Shown piece by piece: positions 23,936-35,146 of a DNA stretch of 51,611 nt. The first letter of the stretch is position 1. Each line of letters opens with the position of its first letter. The DNA is from Saprolegnia diclina VS20 (Eukaryota). Position numbers and translations under genes: made by a program. Below the pieces are notes generated by a model. It saw only the letters and a list, made by a program, of their open reading frames with translations. It was not told the origin of the DNA and did not search any database. The DNA lies in assembly GCF_000281045.1 (NCBI RefSeq), contig NW_008246075.1, positions 520,761-572,371 of the forward strand, written 5' to 3'.

Positions 23936-25228
23936 ATGAGCGCGCTGCGAGTGGCGGTGGTTGGATGCAGCCATGGGCAGCTCGATGCGATGTACGCGAC
24001 GATTGAGCACATGAACACGATGGACCCGGAGCGGCCGATCCAGCTCCTCCTCTGCTGCGGCGACTTTCAGAGCTTCCGCAACGAGACCGACATGCACTGC
24101 ATGGCGTGCCCGGACAAGTACAAGGAGCTTGGCGTCTTCCACGAGTACTACACTGGCGCCAAGGTCGCGCCCGTGCTCACGATCTTCATTGGCGGCAACC
24201 ACGAAGCCTCCAACTACCTGCAGGACCTCTACTACGGCGGGTACGTGGCGCCCAACATCTTTTACCTCGGGTCGGCCGGTGTCGTCAACGTCAACGGCGT
24301 GCGCATTGCCGGTCTCTCGGGCATCTACAAGCCGCACGACTTTACGTTCGGTCACCACGAATCGTACCCGTACGACCAGAGCACGATGCGCAGCATCTAC
24401 CACGTGCGCGAATTTCAAGTTTACCAGCTCGGCCACCTCAAGAAGCGCGAGTCGCCGATCGACATTATGCTCTCGCACGACTGGCCGCGGGGCATTGAGC
24501 GCTACGGACGCACGGACGTCCTCCTCCGCAAGAAGTCTTTCCTCCGCGATGAGATTGCGCGCGGCGAGTTTGGGTCGCCACCGAACGAGTTTCTCCTGCA
24601 CTCGCTCCGCCCCAAGCACTGGTTCTCGGGCCACATGCACGTCAAGTTTGCCGCCATCGTGCGCCATAGCGACGAGGCCATGACCAAGTTCTTGGCCCTC
24701 GACAAGTGCTTGCCGCACCGCGACTTTATGCAGGTGACCGACATTGCGCCGAGCTCGCCGTTTCGTGGCAGCGACGACGGCAGTGTTACCCTCTCGATGG
24801 ACAAGGACTGGCTCGCGGTGCTTCGCGCGACCCACCACATTGCCTCCAGCGTCCGCCTTCGCCCGCGCGTGCCCGAAGACGACATGGCGATTGAGGACGC
24901 CGACATTGCATGGGTGGACACCCGCTTGGCCGAGATCGCGGCCACATCGCCGGACCGCGCGTCGAACCCGCTGGCGTGGATCCGGCCGTTTGAGTTGACG
25001 GCACCGCCGGCGTACAGCGCACCGAGCCAACTGCCAGTGGTCGGCAACCCGCAGACGGACGCGCTTTTGGCGCTGCTGAAGCTCCCGCACGTCGTGACGG
25101 TACCGTATGTGCCCGTGGGCGCGCCGCCCGCTGACCCAAATGCGATCGAACTCGATGATATTGAGGAGGTGGCTGCGCCCGTCGCAGTTGTGGAAGATCC
25201 GAACGCGCTCGACATTGATGATCTTTAA
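23936..25228 (+). CDS. DBR1: Lariat debranching enzyme DBR1
   Basis: VAVVGCSHG, LCCGDFQ, TIFIGGNHEASNYL, IAGLSGIY, MLSHDWPRGI, WFSGHMHVKF, TKFLALDKCLP, NPQT. Intronless. Confidence 0.96.
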   Translation: MSALRVAVVGCSHGQLDAMYATIEHMNTMDPERPIQLLLCCGDFQSFRNETDMHCMACPDKYKELGVFHEYYTGAKVAPVLTIFIGGNHEASNYLQDLYYGGYVAPNIFYLGSAGVVNVNGVRIAGLSGIYKPHDFTFGHHESYPYDQSTMRSIYHVREFQVYQLGHLKKRESPIDIMLSHDWPRGIERYGRTDVLLRKKSFLRDEIARGEFGSPPNEFLLHSLRPKHWFSGHMHVKFAAIVRHSDEAMTKFLALDKCLPHRDFMQVTDIAPSSPFRGSDDGSVTLSMDKDWLAVLRATHHIASSVRLRPRVPEDDMAIEDADIAWVDTRLAEIAATSPDRASNPLAWIRPFELTAPPAYSAPSQLPVVGNPQTDALLALLKLPHVVTVPYVPVGAPPADPNAIELDDIEEVAAPVAVVEDPNALDIDDL

Positions 25229-26710
25229 TAAACACGCATGGTGATGCTGCAAGCACGTCGTTTGTAGCAACTCATACTTGCGTCAACCGCTGCGCACGGA
25301 TCATGGATCATAGTACTGTACCGTGCAGCCGACGACTAACGCATCGTAGCGTCAGTGTCACGCGATTCTAAGGCACACTCGGTATTGCCCGGTACGTCAT
25401 CATCAAGTATCGAGCTCTAAGCTTACTAGGTATTGAGGGCTTGGTCATCACGCAGCGTCGGTATATGCATGCAAATAAGATCTCATGGCGCTTGCAGCTA
25501 TGGTATCATGTCGTCGTCGCCTTTACAAATGACGTTGTTTGCTTCGACGACACGACGCCTCTAGGTGCGACGACTACCGGTACGTGTTCCGCTATGTGCG
25601 GTAGGACACTCGGGGGTGCGAGAGAAGGCCCGAACGCCGAGCACGCCAACTCGACACCCACTCCGTGAGAAGGTTTCTGCATCGCATCATGGCGCACGTG
25701 CGATACCAATACACGCGAGGTCGAGGATGCTTTTGTGCTTGTCTCTGTGCCGCAAAAGACACTTGTGGGTGAGATGGAATACCGGTAGTACAGACCCGCA
25801 ACCGTGTGTACTCTCTATCGATCGACATGACATCAGTGCGACACGGGTCATCGCAGAAGCGACGATACATCATGGCCATCATGGCGGCGTTGCTTCCAGC
25901 ACTCTTGCTCAGAAGCGCCATGGATCCTGCGTTCGACACTCGGCCTATTCCGCTGCCGAACGTGGACAGGCGCGCCAAGTTGCCGTTTCGGAGGTGACGG
26001 GGCACCACCAAATGGCAGCGGAATAAATCAAGTAATCACTTGGGTTTGGCACCCAGCGTGGGATTCGTTTCCGAGCACAGTGGGCGTCGCCAGCAGAGCC
26101 CTTTCTATACACAGCGAACGGCACGGCGATCGTGAAACACAGGGGGTCCTCTCTCGCCGAGCTTGTCGGCGCCACCACATATACTTGCACGTCCAAGAAG
26201 CCGGTCTTTCGATATTACTGTACGACACATTCGTTCACGCTGGCTTCTGCTCGTACCACAGGATTCGTCGCCCATTAGTTGCGTTTAGTTTACACAAGCA
26301 GAGTGGCACTACGACGCGGGCGCCGAACAGGATGGCCAGCTGGGCGTACCACGCTTGCCGTGGACGGACCACGTACGCCAGTTGTTCAAGTTATCTACGG
26401 CGTTTACCCGCAAAAGGTTCTCAGCCGGCCGCCTCTGTGCCGATCTCCCACAGCCGTCTCGGGATCCCACTCTGGCAACACCATCAACATCGAAGAATCA
26501 CTTTTCAATCGCCCGCGTTCGCACCACACCACGACCTTTGCAGCTTTGTATGATGTTGGCACTCATGGAGCATCACCACGCGACGACGAGCAGCAATATG
26601 CAAGGCGCGGCGTCGCCCTCCAGCGCTACCTTCCACCACGACAATGACGATCTCGATTTCGACCGGCTCAAGATCGACGACGACTTTTGGCGCCGCCTCC
26701 TCGCGATCGA

Positions 26711-27190
26711 NNNNNNNNNNNNNNNNNNNNNNNNNNNNNNNNNNNNNNNNNNNNNNNNNNNNNNNNNNNNNNNNNNNNNNNNNNNNNNNNNNNNNNNNNN
26801 NNNNNNNNNNNNNNNNNNNNNNNNNNNNNNNNNNNNNNNNNNNNNNNNNNNNNNNNNNNNNNNNNNNNNNNNNNNNNNNNNNNNNNNNNNNNNNNNNNNN
26901 NNNNNNNNNNNNNNNNNNNNNNNNNNNNNNNNNNNNNNNNNNNNNNNNNNNNNNNNNNNNNNNNNNNNNNNNNNNNNNNNNNNNNNNNNNNNNNNNNNNN
27001 NNNNNNNNNNNNNNNNNNNNNNNNNNNNNNNNNNNNNNNNNNNNNNNNNNNNNNNNNNNNNNNNNNNNNNNNNNNNNNNNNNNNNNNNNNNNNNNNNNNN
27101 NNNNNNNNNNNNNNNNNNNNNNNNNNNNNNNNNNNNNNNNNNNNNNNNNNNNNNNNNNNNNNNNNNNNNNNNNNNNNNNNNNNNNNNNNN
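26711..27190. other. Assembly gap (N run)
   Basis: Run of Ns. Confidence 0.98.
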
Positions 27191-27283
27191 CAGAGTGTCC
27201 AGCACACGCAGGTGGACGTGTCCAGTGCGTGCAGATGCGCGATCACTCACGACCAGATCGATCCTGACGGGCACATATCATAT

Positions 27284-27370
27284 CGCCCGTCGACTACACA
27301 CATAATATGTGTGTAGTCGACGGGCGGAATTTGGCGGACGTACAATATTATTGTACGTCCGCCAAATTCC
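27284..27370. repeat. Two adjacent perfect inverted repeats (21-bp and 22-bp arms, 1-nt spacers)
   Basis: CGCCCGTCGACTACACACATA-a-TATGTGTGTAGTCGACGGGCG (27284-27326) and GGAATTTGGCGGACGTACAATA-t-TATTGTACGTCCGCCAAATTCC (27326-27370). Confidence 0.95.
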
Positions 27371-28379
27371 CCAGGGCCTTCGAGGCAGCTCTCCAACGCG
27401 ACAAAGGACACGCTGGCTGCACATTTGTGTGTGTGTATCGTATCTATTGAAATGGAAACAGTAAGCAGGCATAAGCTTGCCACGTGGCATGGACCGCATG
27501 GGCGTCATCCGAGCCGAAATAACTCAGAAAGGCATGTACCGGTAGTCATTACCATTGACGGCTGCGGGCCTGAGGATGACAACTTGCATCAACATGATGG
27601 GTTCGAGTATACCGGTACTCGATTATGAACCAATACGTCCATGAATGATGAGCGAGGCGCAATGACTATGCACCTGTAGGACGCAGAGGAGTTGTCGACG
27701 AGAAAAGCTACTCGATTCGCAATCGATGGTCATGCAAGCAAGCGGGTGCTGGTGTTACGCACGGGTGTACCAAACACCACCCGACAATAAATTTGTCATC
27801 ACATTGCAACTGCAACCAGTTGCGGCCAAAGAAGGCGACCAGAGCCTTCGCGGACGTTTCCCCAAATGTCTTGAATGCGGTGCACGACGAAATTACCGGA
27901 ACCATGCAAGACCATTGTATATGGAAAAGACAGTCCACGTTTTGTTTTGGCTTTTGTCCCTAGACGAGGCCTGCAACCGCATGACATTACATTACACTTT
28001 CCAGTTGCGCGGGTCGCTTGGGACGCAATCCACTTTGTCGCCGGTTGCGTCTGATCGCGACTCGAATTATTTCGCGCCATGCGATCTTTTTCGACTACGG
28101 GCGAGATGGACATGTCGCTAGACATTACAGTACCCAGCGATTACTCGAGGTCGACCAACTAACTCATCGAAAGCCAATGGTATTCCCTTTTGGATGCTTC
28201 CTTGGGGCCAAGTCGCATCATGTTCTCGTAGCCACTCGATATGTGCATCGTCGTTCCATGTTTGCTGGCTCTGCAGCAAAAGAACATGCTCGTGGAGTAG
28301 TAATATCGCCACCTCTGCAGATCTCGATGCTGCATCGCGTGACGTTATTCAAAGGAATATGGATTTCTCGTCCACGTGG

Positions 28380-29061
28380 NNNNNNNNNNNNNNNNNNNNN
28401 NNNNNNNNNNNNNNNNNNNNNNNNNNNNNNNNNNNNNNNNNNNNNNNNNNNNNNNNNNNNNNNNNNNNNNNNNNNNNNNNNNNNNNNNNNNNNNNNNNNN
28501 NNNNNNNNNNNNNNNNNNNNNNNNNNNNNNNNNNNNNNNNNNNNNNNNNNNNNNNNNNNNNNNNNNNNNNNNNNNNNNNNNNNNNNNNNNNNNNNNNNNN
28601 NNNNNNNNNNNNNNNNNNNNNNNNNNNNNNNNNNNNNNNNNNNNNNNNNNNNNNNNNNNNNNNNNNNNNNNNNNNNNNNNNNNNNNNNNNNNNNNNNNNN
28701 NNNNNNNNNNNNNNNNNNNNNNNNNNNNNNNNNNNNNNNNNNNNNNNNNNNNNNNNNNNNNNNNNNNNNNNNNNNNNNNNNNNNNNNNNNNNNNNNNNNN
28801 NNNNNNNNNNNNNNNNNNNNNNNNNNNNNNNNNNNNNNNNNNNNNNNNNNNNNNNNNNNNNNNNNNNNNNNNNNNNNNNNNNNNNNNNNNNNNNNNNNNN
28901 NNNNNNNNNNNNNNNNNNNNNNNNNNNNNNNNNNNNNNNNNNNNNNNNNNNNNNNNNNNNNNNNNNNNNNNNNNNNNNNNNNNNNNNNNNNNNNNNNNNN
29001 NNNNNNNNNNNNNNNNNNNNNNNNNNNNNNNNNNNNNNNNNNNNNNNNNNNNNNNNNNNNN
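28380..29061. other. Assembly gap (N run)
   Basis: Run of Ns. Confidence 0.98.
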
Positions 29062-29648
29062 TCGTCGTAGAAAATACTCTATTTAACAGCAAAACACGGT
29101 TTGCTTACACCCATAGACACAGCCTTTGGCACGACAGCGTTGACCCACCCGCTCTAGCAATACGCATACAAGCAACGCTGCAACGCTACGAGAGCTGCAC
29201 GACGATGGGTTGTTGGCTACGACGGGTCGATCGATCACTTCGGATGCCTCCATTCGACACCAAAAGCTGAAGAACACACCTTAGCGGTGCGTCACTCATT
29301 CCGGTGTTCGACCGGTGCCACTGCACCGAGGTTCGACTGGTCGGAACTTTGGCGCAACGAACCTCTTGGCTTTACAGGAAAACAGCAACCGCTTCAACAC
29401 GGCGCGACCAGAGACGCTTACGCATACATGCGCGTCGTGCTCGTACCGCATGCTACCGCCATGGATTAGGTGGAGGCTGTAAGTGTAGCGGTTGTGCCAA
29501 CATGAGCTGCAGTTTGCTGTTCACGGCCCCTTTGCAGCACCGTCATCACAAGGCAGCGATACTTTGCACATCGTACACGTATCTTCTGACACGGATCCGT
29601 CATGCTACAACCCTTTCTCGCTACAAAGCACTTGGGAGTCGTGGTATC

Positions 29649-32600
29649 TCAGTGCGCGAGGAGGTGCGTGGCGTGGTTGATGCGCGTCGTCACGGTCGCA
29701 AGCGCCTCTTGGATGAGGGCCTCGAGGCGAATTTGCGCGTCGCCGTCCGAGAGCTCGAGCAAAAGGGCGTTTTGAAGCCACGCGATCGAGTCGCGGTCGA
29801 GCTCGGGAATGGCTGCACTCAGTGCGAGCTCGAGGAGCGAAATCAAGAAGGACGAGTGCGCGCGGAGGACGAGGAACGCCGCGACGCACGTCTTCTGGAA
29901 GAGCGGAAACTGGTCGCCCATGACGGTCACCATCGCATGCGTCAAGACGAACGGTGCGCGCTCCCGCGCATACCCCATGTACGTTTTGAAATGCCCGAGA
30001 AAGTGGCCAAAATCAATGTGTAAAAACTGCCCGGACGCCGTCAGCATCAAGTTGTCGTTGTGCCGGTCACCGACGCCGAGCACGTACGTCGCGACGCAGT
30101 ACCCAGCGCACGAGAGCGCAAAGTTGCGGGCGACGTCATCGGAAGTTGCGTCGCGCTGGTCGTGGAGCCATTGGGCATACACGCGCTTCCCAAAGAGCGC
30201 GGTTTTGACCGCCGCGAGCTTGCGACCCGTCTTCTTGTGCTTGTGGCGGTCGCGGCAAATGGCCGCGAGCGTCGACGCGTGGTGCACGACTTGAATGAAA
30301 CCAATGTTGTCGCCCGACGACACACACGCGTACGCGGAGAGTTGCAAGTGGAGGTCGTTGGCCTGCCAGAGATCGTCCATGACCCGCAAAAGCTGGAGCG
30401 TGAGCTGGTCTTGGCGCAAATCGTCGCCCGACTTGAAGATGGTCGATGTCAACCCGAGTTGCTTGGTCGGCGTCAAGTGGAGAAAGAGCGGTTTCTTGGC
30501 CGAGTCCATGGTGCGGCACTGGCCCGGGACAAACGCCGAGTAAAACACGTTCGGATGCAACGGCAGCTACGAGTCGCGTCAGGTCGTGTACCAATTGTGG
30601 GGCAAACCTGAAAGCAGTCGGGCAAAATGGCCTCTTCGAGACCGGCGCGCAAGACACCGTCGCGCGTCGCGGACGACGCAGCTTTGACCGCGGTCGCGAG
30701 TCGCTCCAGAAGACGCATGACGTACATGGACTGGTACAGCTCGACGCGAAAGACGCCCGAGTGACAGAGGTACTGGGTGCGCAAGAGCGCAAATCGGTCT
30801 AGAGACTCTAAGTTATAGCCATCCGTGTGCACTACCTTGGATGATTGGCACGTGGAGCTCGGCTTGTAGCAGCCAAAAGAGCGCGTAGCCCACCTCAGAC
30901 GGCGACTTGAGGGCGCGCACGAGGAGAAAGCGCATGAGCGCCGAGTCATGATGCGGCTCGCACTTGAGCGCTTGTACGAGCTGCAGCAAGTACAGTCGGA
31001 GGCGGTAGTCGGGTAGTGAGTCCAGACACCGCACGGCGTACGCTCGTACAAACGGATCGGCAAACTTTGGACTGAGCAGTTGCAGCGCCTACACCTTTCA
31101 AATGAACTAGAGAGCAAAAGGCGAAATCAACCTGCAGCGCGGTGGGCGGCGTCCAGAGGTACAAGTACTTGTACGCTTCTGTCACGTGCCCCCGGTTGGC
31201 CCAGTTGACCGAGAGCAAGAACGGCATGAGCGCCGACGACGTCGTCACGAGCACCGACCGGTAGCTCCAAAAGAAACGCCGGTCGTCCGTCGAGAGCGGC
31301 TGCATCGGGTTGGCCTCGAACGTTCCGAGCATTTGCTTTTGTTTTGCGTCCAGGGTCATGGGAACCACCGATGTTGGCCGCGCCCATGCCATCTCGGCAC
31401 TGCGGTACGTGAGCAAGACCGACGACGGCGGCGTGTCGAGGTAAATGCACTCGCCTACAACACCAAACATCATTTTCCTATCACACCATCCGTACTAGTA
31501 CGGACCAAGGCCATCGTCGTGGTCGGTCGACTGAAGGCACGCGCTAAACTCGATCGGCAAGGTCACGCGCGCGTGAAGGCTTAGTCGTAGCGTGCCCACG
31601 CGCAGGAAATGGTCGAACGAGAAGAGGTAGCATGCAGCTTGGCGAAGCACCTTCTTTTGCGGCCCTAGGATCGCGACGCAGAGGTGGGCGGCGCGCGGCA
31701 GCGACTGCACGTTGCACGGAAGCACTAGCGTCTCGAGACACTCGAACGTCTTGACACTTGCCAAGGACGTGGCTTTGATCCACGCCGACGTCACCGGTGG
31801 CGTCAGCGACGCTTCGCCATGAACGAGCTCGAGGCGCACCTGAATGCGGTTGGCTTTGGTTGCGAGCCGGATCGTACCTGGCTTGATGGCCAAGTCGTTG
31901 GCAACCTAAGCATACAAATTAGAAGACGAAAGCGTTGTCGAGCAAGAGAACCTGCGAAACGGACCCGAGGTGCCGTGTCTTGGTGCCGATCTGGAGCAAG
32001 TACGGTTGGGTAAACTGCGCGGCAAGTTCGAGAAGCTCGAGTTCGTGGATCGTATACGGCGGACGGGATTGAGTGTTGAGGACTTCCCAGACACCGACAA
32101 CGTGGCTGGCATGGGCGACCGGCACGGCCATGATGGAGCCGGTGGACGCGTACATGACGGGGTCGTGGGCAATGGCGGCGAGGTCGTCGCAACGCCCGAG
32201 GAAAGCTTTGCCACTTGCATGCACGACGCCCGGCACGCCAAAGTTGACGGGCGTCTGGAGCTCCTGGAACACTTCGTCGCTGGCAAACTAGCGTGGTATG
32301 AGAGACGACCAATCGATATGATGCAAGTACCTTGGTTTGGAACTGCGTGTTGGCCACGTTTGCGAGGTAGAAACGCACGGTGCTTGCCTCAAACAGCTTG
32401 AGAAAGATCTGTGCCATGCACCGAATGCAGTGGTCGACGTCGAGCTCGGGGGAGACCGAGAGGAGGATCTCGCGGATGAAGGCTTGCGGCGACATGCGGC
32501 TGCTCGACGACGTAGACTCGTAGTGCAAGCAGCCCGCCATCTCGTGGGCCCATTTCCGGAAGCTCTCGCTCTAGCAATGCGCCATGAAGAGCATACGAGC

Positions 32601-33384
32601 ACGCGGTCCTACCTCCATGTCACCGTAGCGAATGTTGTGCAGGTTCGCAGACAAGGTCGCCTTGGGTAGCTTGTCCTCATACTGGAAAAGGGCCTAATCC
32701 TGCATGATGCTTTGATGATGGAGGTGGAGGAAGGACCATGCGAGGGAGCACGTAGCAGTCGGCGGCGAGGACGGCCACGATGGACAAGGTCGGGCTGGAC
32801 GCGAGCATCTCGTACGGGTCAAGCATGTCGCCGCTGACGTACTGCAGCCGGTCGGCAAGGAGGTCGTTGGCTGCGGGGCTGGACGCGACTCGAGCTTCGA
32901 GGACGCCGGTGCGCACGATAAAGATGACGTCAATAGCCGACGCGCTCGAGAAGACGACGGCCCGCGGCGCGTACGTCACGAGGCGCGCAGCTGCGTTCAC
33001 TTCGTGGAGCTCGTCAGCGTCCAAGCGCGCGAGCTGCGGCAGGCAGCAGAGCAAGGACATGGACGACGAATGTTGGAGTCGCTCGATGCTCTCGGCGCCA
33101 TGCGCCTGCTGCACCTTTCCCTTGGTCTTCTCCATAAAGACGATCTGGCGTACGGTGGCCCGCCAGCGCTGCTTGGAGGATGGGCTCAGCTGCGGCTTGG
33201 TTGCTACCGGCGCCACCTTGGGCGCATCGAGGAAGGCTTCAATGCTCTGGAGCTCGGCCTTGATCTCTGCCACGATCGCCTTCTCCGCGCGCAGGAGCGA
33301 TACGATCGACGTGGTCGTCGCTGGTGGCTTGGGCAGGTCGTCGAGGGGGACGACCGGGACCCCGACCTCGTCGCCAGCGTCCAT
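29649..33384 (-). CDS. Class-I-like phosphatidylinositol 3-kinase with N-terminal cNMP-binding-like and GAF-like domains, then C2, PIK helical and kinase domains; multi-exon
   Basis: Kinase motifs MDSAKKPLFL, FKSGDDLRQDQL, GVGDRHNDN, HIDFGHFLG..RERAPF. Helical domain LYLLQLVQALKCE..DSALMRFLL. In-frame GT-AG introns (32736-32694, 32612-32571 and downstream) link the N-terminal exons to the C2-like exon. Confidence 0.88.
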
Positions 33385-33531
33385 GCGTCGGTTTCCAAAC
33401 GAGGCGTGTTTTTAGTCTAGGACATGCGCCCTTGTTGTAGGTCCCATCAGGACATGGTGACGAAACCCACGCGCGATGTAACTGCCGCACTAAAAATAGT
33501 GTGCGAACAAAGATACGGAATAGTGTAAACG

Positions 33532-33795
33532 ATGCGACGACACCACGTGCTGTTGCTGCTGGCGATGGCTGCTGCGACGTGCGTCGGTACGTGCCCCGTC
33601 CAGTGCGCCGACGACCAAGAATGCAAGTCGCTGCCCAACGGTCAATTGGCTTGCGCCGATGTGTGCAAGTGCGCTGCGTACGAGCTCTGCGTGCCCGTCG
33701 CCCTAGACTGCGGCGCCCCGTGCCACCCAATCATGCAGTGCGTTCACAACCAGGCGACCACGCCAGTGCTGCCGCTCGACGATGCGACGCCGTGA
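33532..33795 (+). CDS. Small secreted cysteine-rich protein (87 aa)
   Basis: Signal-like MRRHHVLLLLAMAAA, 11 Cys and coding-like GC3. Confidence 0.7.
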   Translation: MRRHHVLLLLAMAAATCVGTCPVQCADDQECKSLPNGQLACADVCKCAAYELCVPVALDCGAPCHPIMQCVHNQATTPVLPLDDATP

Positions 33796-35146
33796 CGCCA
33801 CCAAGCTACTTGCCTAGACGCCATCTTCATCTCATGCAAGCGTCTGCCCTTGCCTCTCTGTGTATCCAAGCTAGCGCCACGAACAGAGCAGTCTACCTGG
33901 CGGCGTCTCCAGAAGGCTCCCATCCATACCCCATATCCATAACGCGGGCGCGCCAGCATTGGATGCGGCGCCACTTGGGTGGCACTTGGTACATCTGAAA
34001 GCTGCTCGGACCTGCAAGTGATAGGCGCTTAATTTTTGGAGATGCCATGGTCGCCAGTATCTCGGCCTCGTCGCCTGCTTGCGAGCTGCATGGCTGTCAA
34101 TGACTACTGTCAATGGTGGGTACAGGGTTGAGCAGAGCCGGCTCGATGCCCAAGCCTCCACAGACACGCATCGTCCTCACGCGTGTCGGCTTGGCGCGGT
34201 CCAGTGGCTGCTCAAGCACGGCGATGTCGTGCGTCAACAAGCTTCCACTTCGAACGCTCGAAATTCGAAGCCTGTTCTAGTCACCTTCTCGAGCCGGTCA
34301 GGAGGCTAGGATAAGGTCGTCGTCTGATTCACCGGCCCGCGTCTTCTGCACAGCGTTGTGAACGCCCTTGCTGCTGTTGTACTGATTAGGCGAACTGCGT
34401 GTATAAATATGGCAGCCGTCTCGCCACAGCCTCCACCAAGCTTGTCACCACCAAGGCCGCCACGTCCATCGACTGGGTAAGCCATGGAGCCGAAGAGACA
34501 GGCCACGATGAAATAAATAATTGTGTGCCCATCCCACTGCGGCACGACGATCCGGCCCACAACCCATCAACATGCCCAGAGTGCTGGCGACTTGCCAGAG
34601 CCCAATCTCGTCCGTGCACTTGCAGCTTCCTTCCTACGCCCGAAGAAAGCACCACAATCCGCTTCCTCGTACCTCCTATACGCTCTGCATCATGAGGACC
34701 GGCGTGCTTCTTGGTGGTGCACCTCGTCGCGTCGTCGGTCGCTGGGGCAAGGTGGTTGCCAGAATTCCCTTGGCCAGTACCAGAGCAACTTCAATCTCAA
34801 TTGTAGATGGCGTTAAATTCACATACAAACATCAAGTCACATGGCATTTAATTATCCAATTCACTGGACGTTTCTACGGGACACTCTGGCGCGGATGTAT
34901 ATTATTATTCCAGTCATCTGTTGGATTGTACATGGGTTTTGGTTTAAAATATCGCGCTATTTTTATCTTTGCATACAAATTGTGCGTTATAGAATACATA
35001 TACGCGTACGATCACATGCCATTTTAATGCACCGTGTGCAATCTATTCAGCGCCAATCCGACAATTAAAAACCATGTATTTTGAGCTCGCCGGAACGCAG
35101 TTCAGTCCCAAGAAGGCCGCTTCTACACATCTCCATACACAGCGCG

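Noticed and set aside
27726..28380. ORF with a CLECG motif between two gaps
   Set aside because: A single CxxC, no coding bias and no supporting domain.
29062..29640. Possible ankyrin-like relic (CTTM.., TAMD)
   Set aside because: Only 3-4 residue similarities in different frames.
34040..34260. LGAVQWLLKHG ankyrin-like fragment
   Set aside because: Too short and has no start or exon context; possible relic only.
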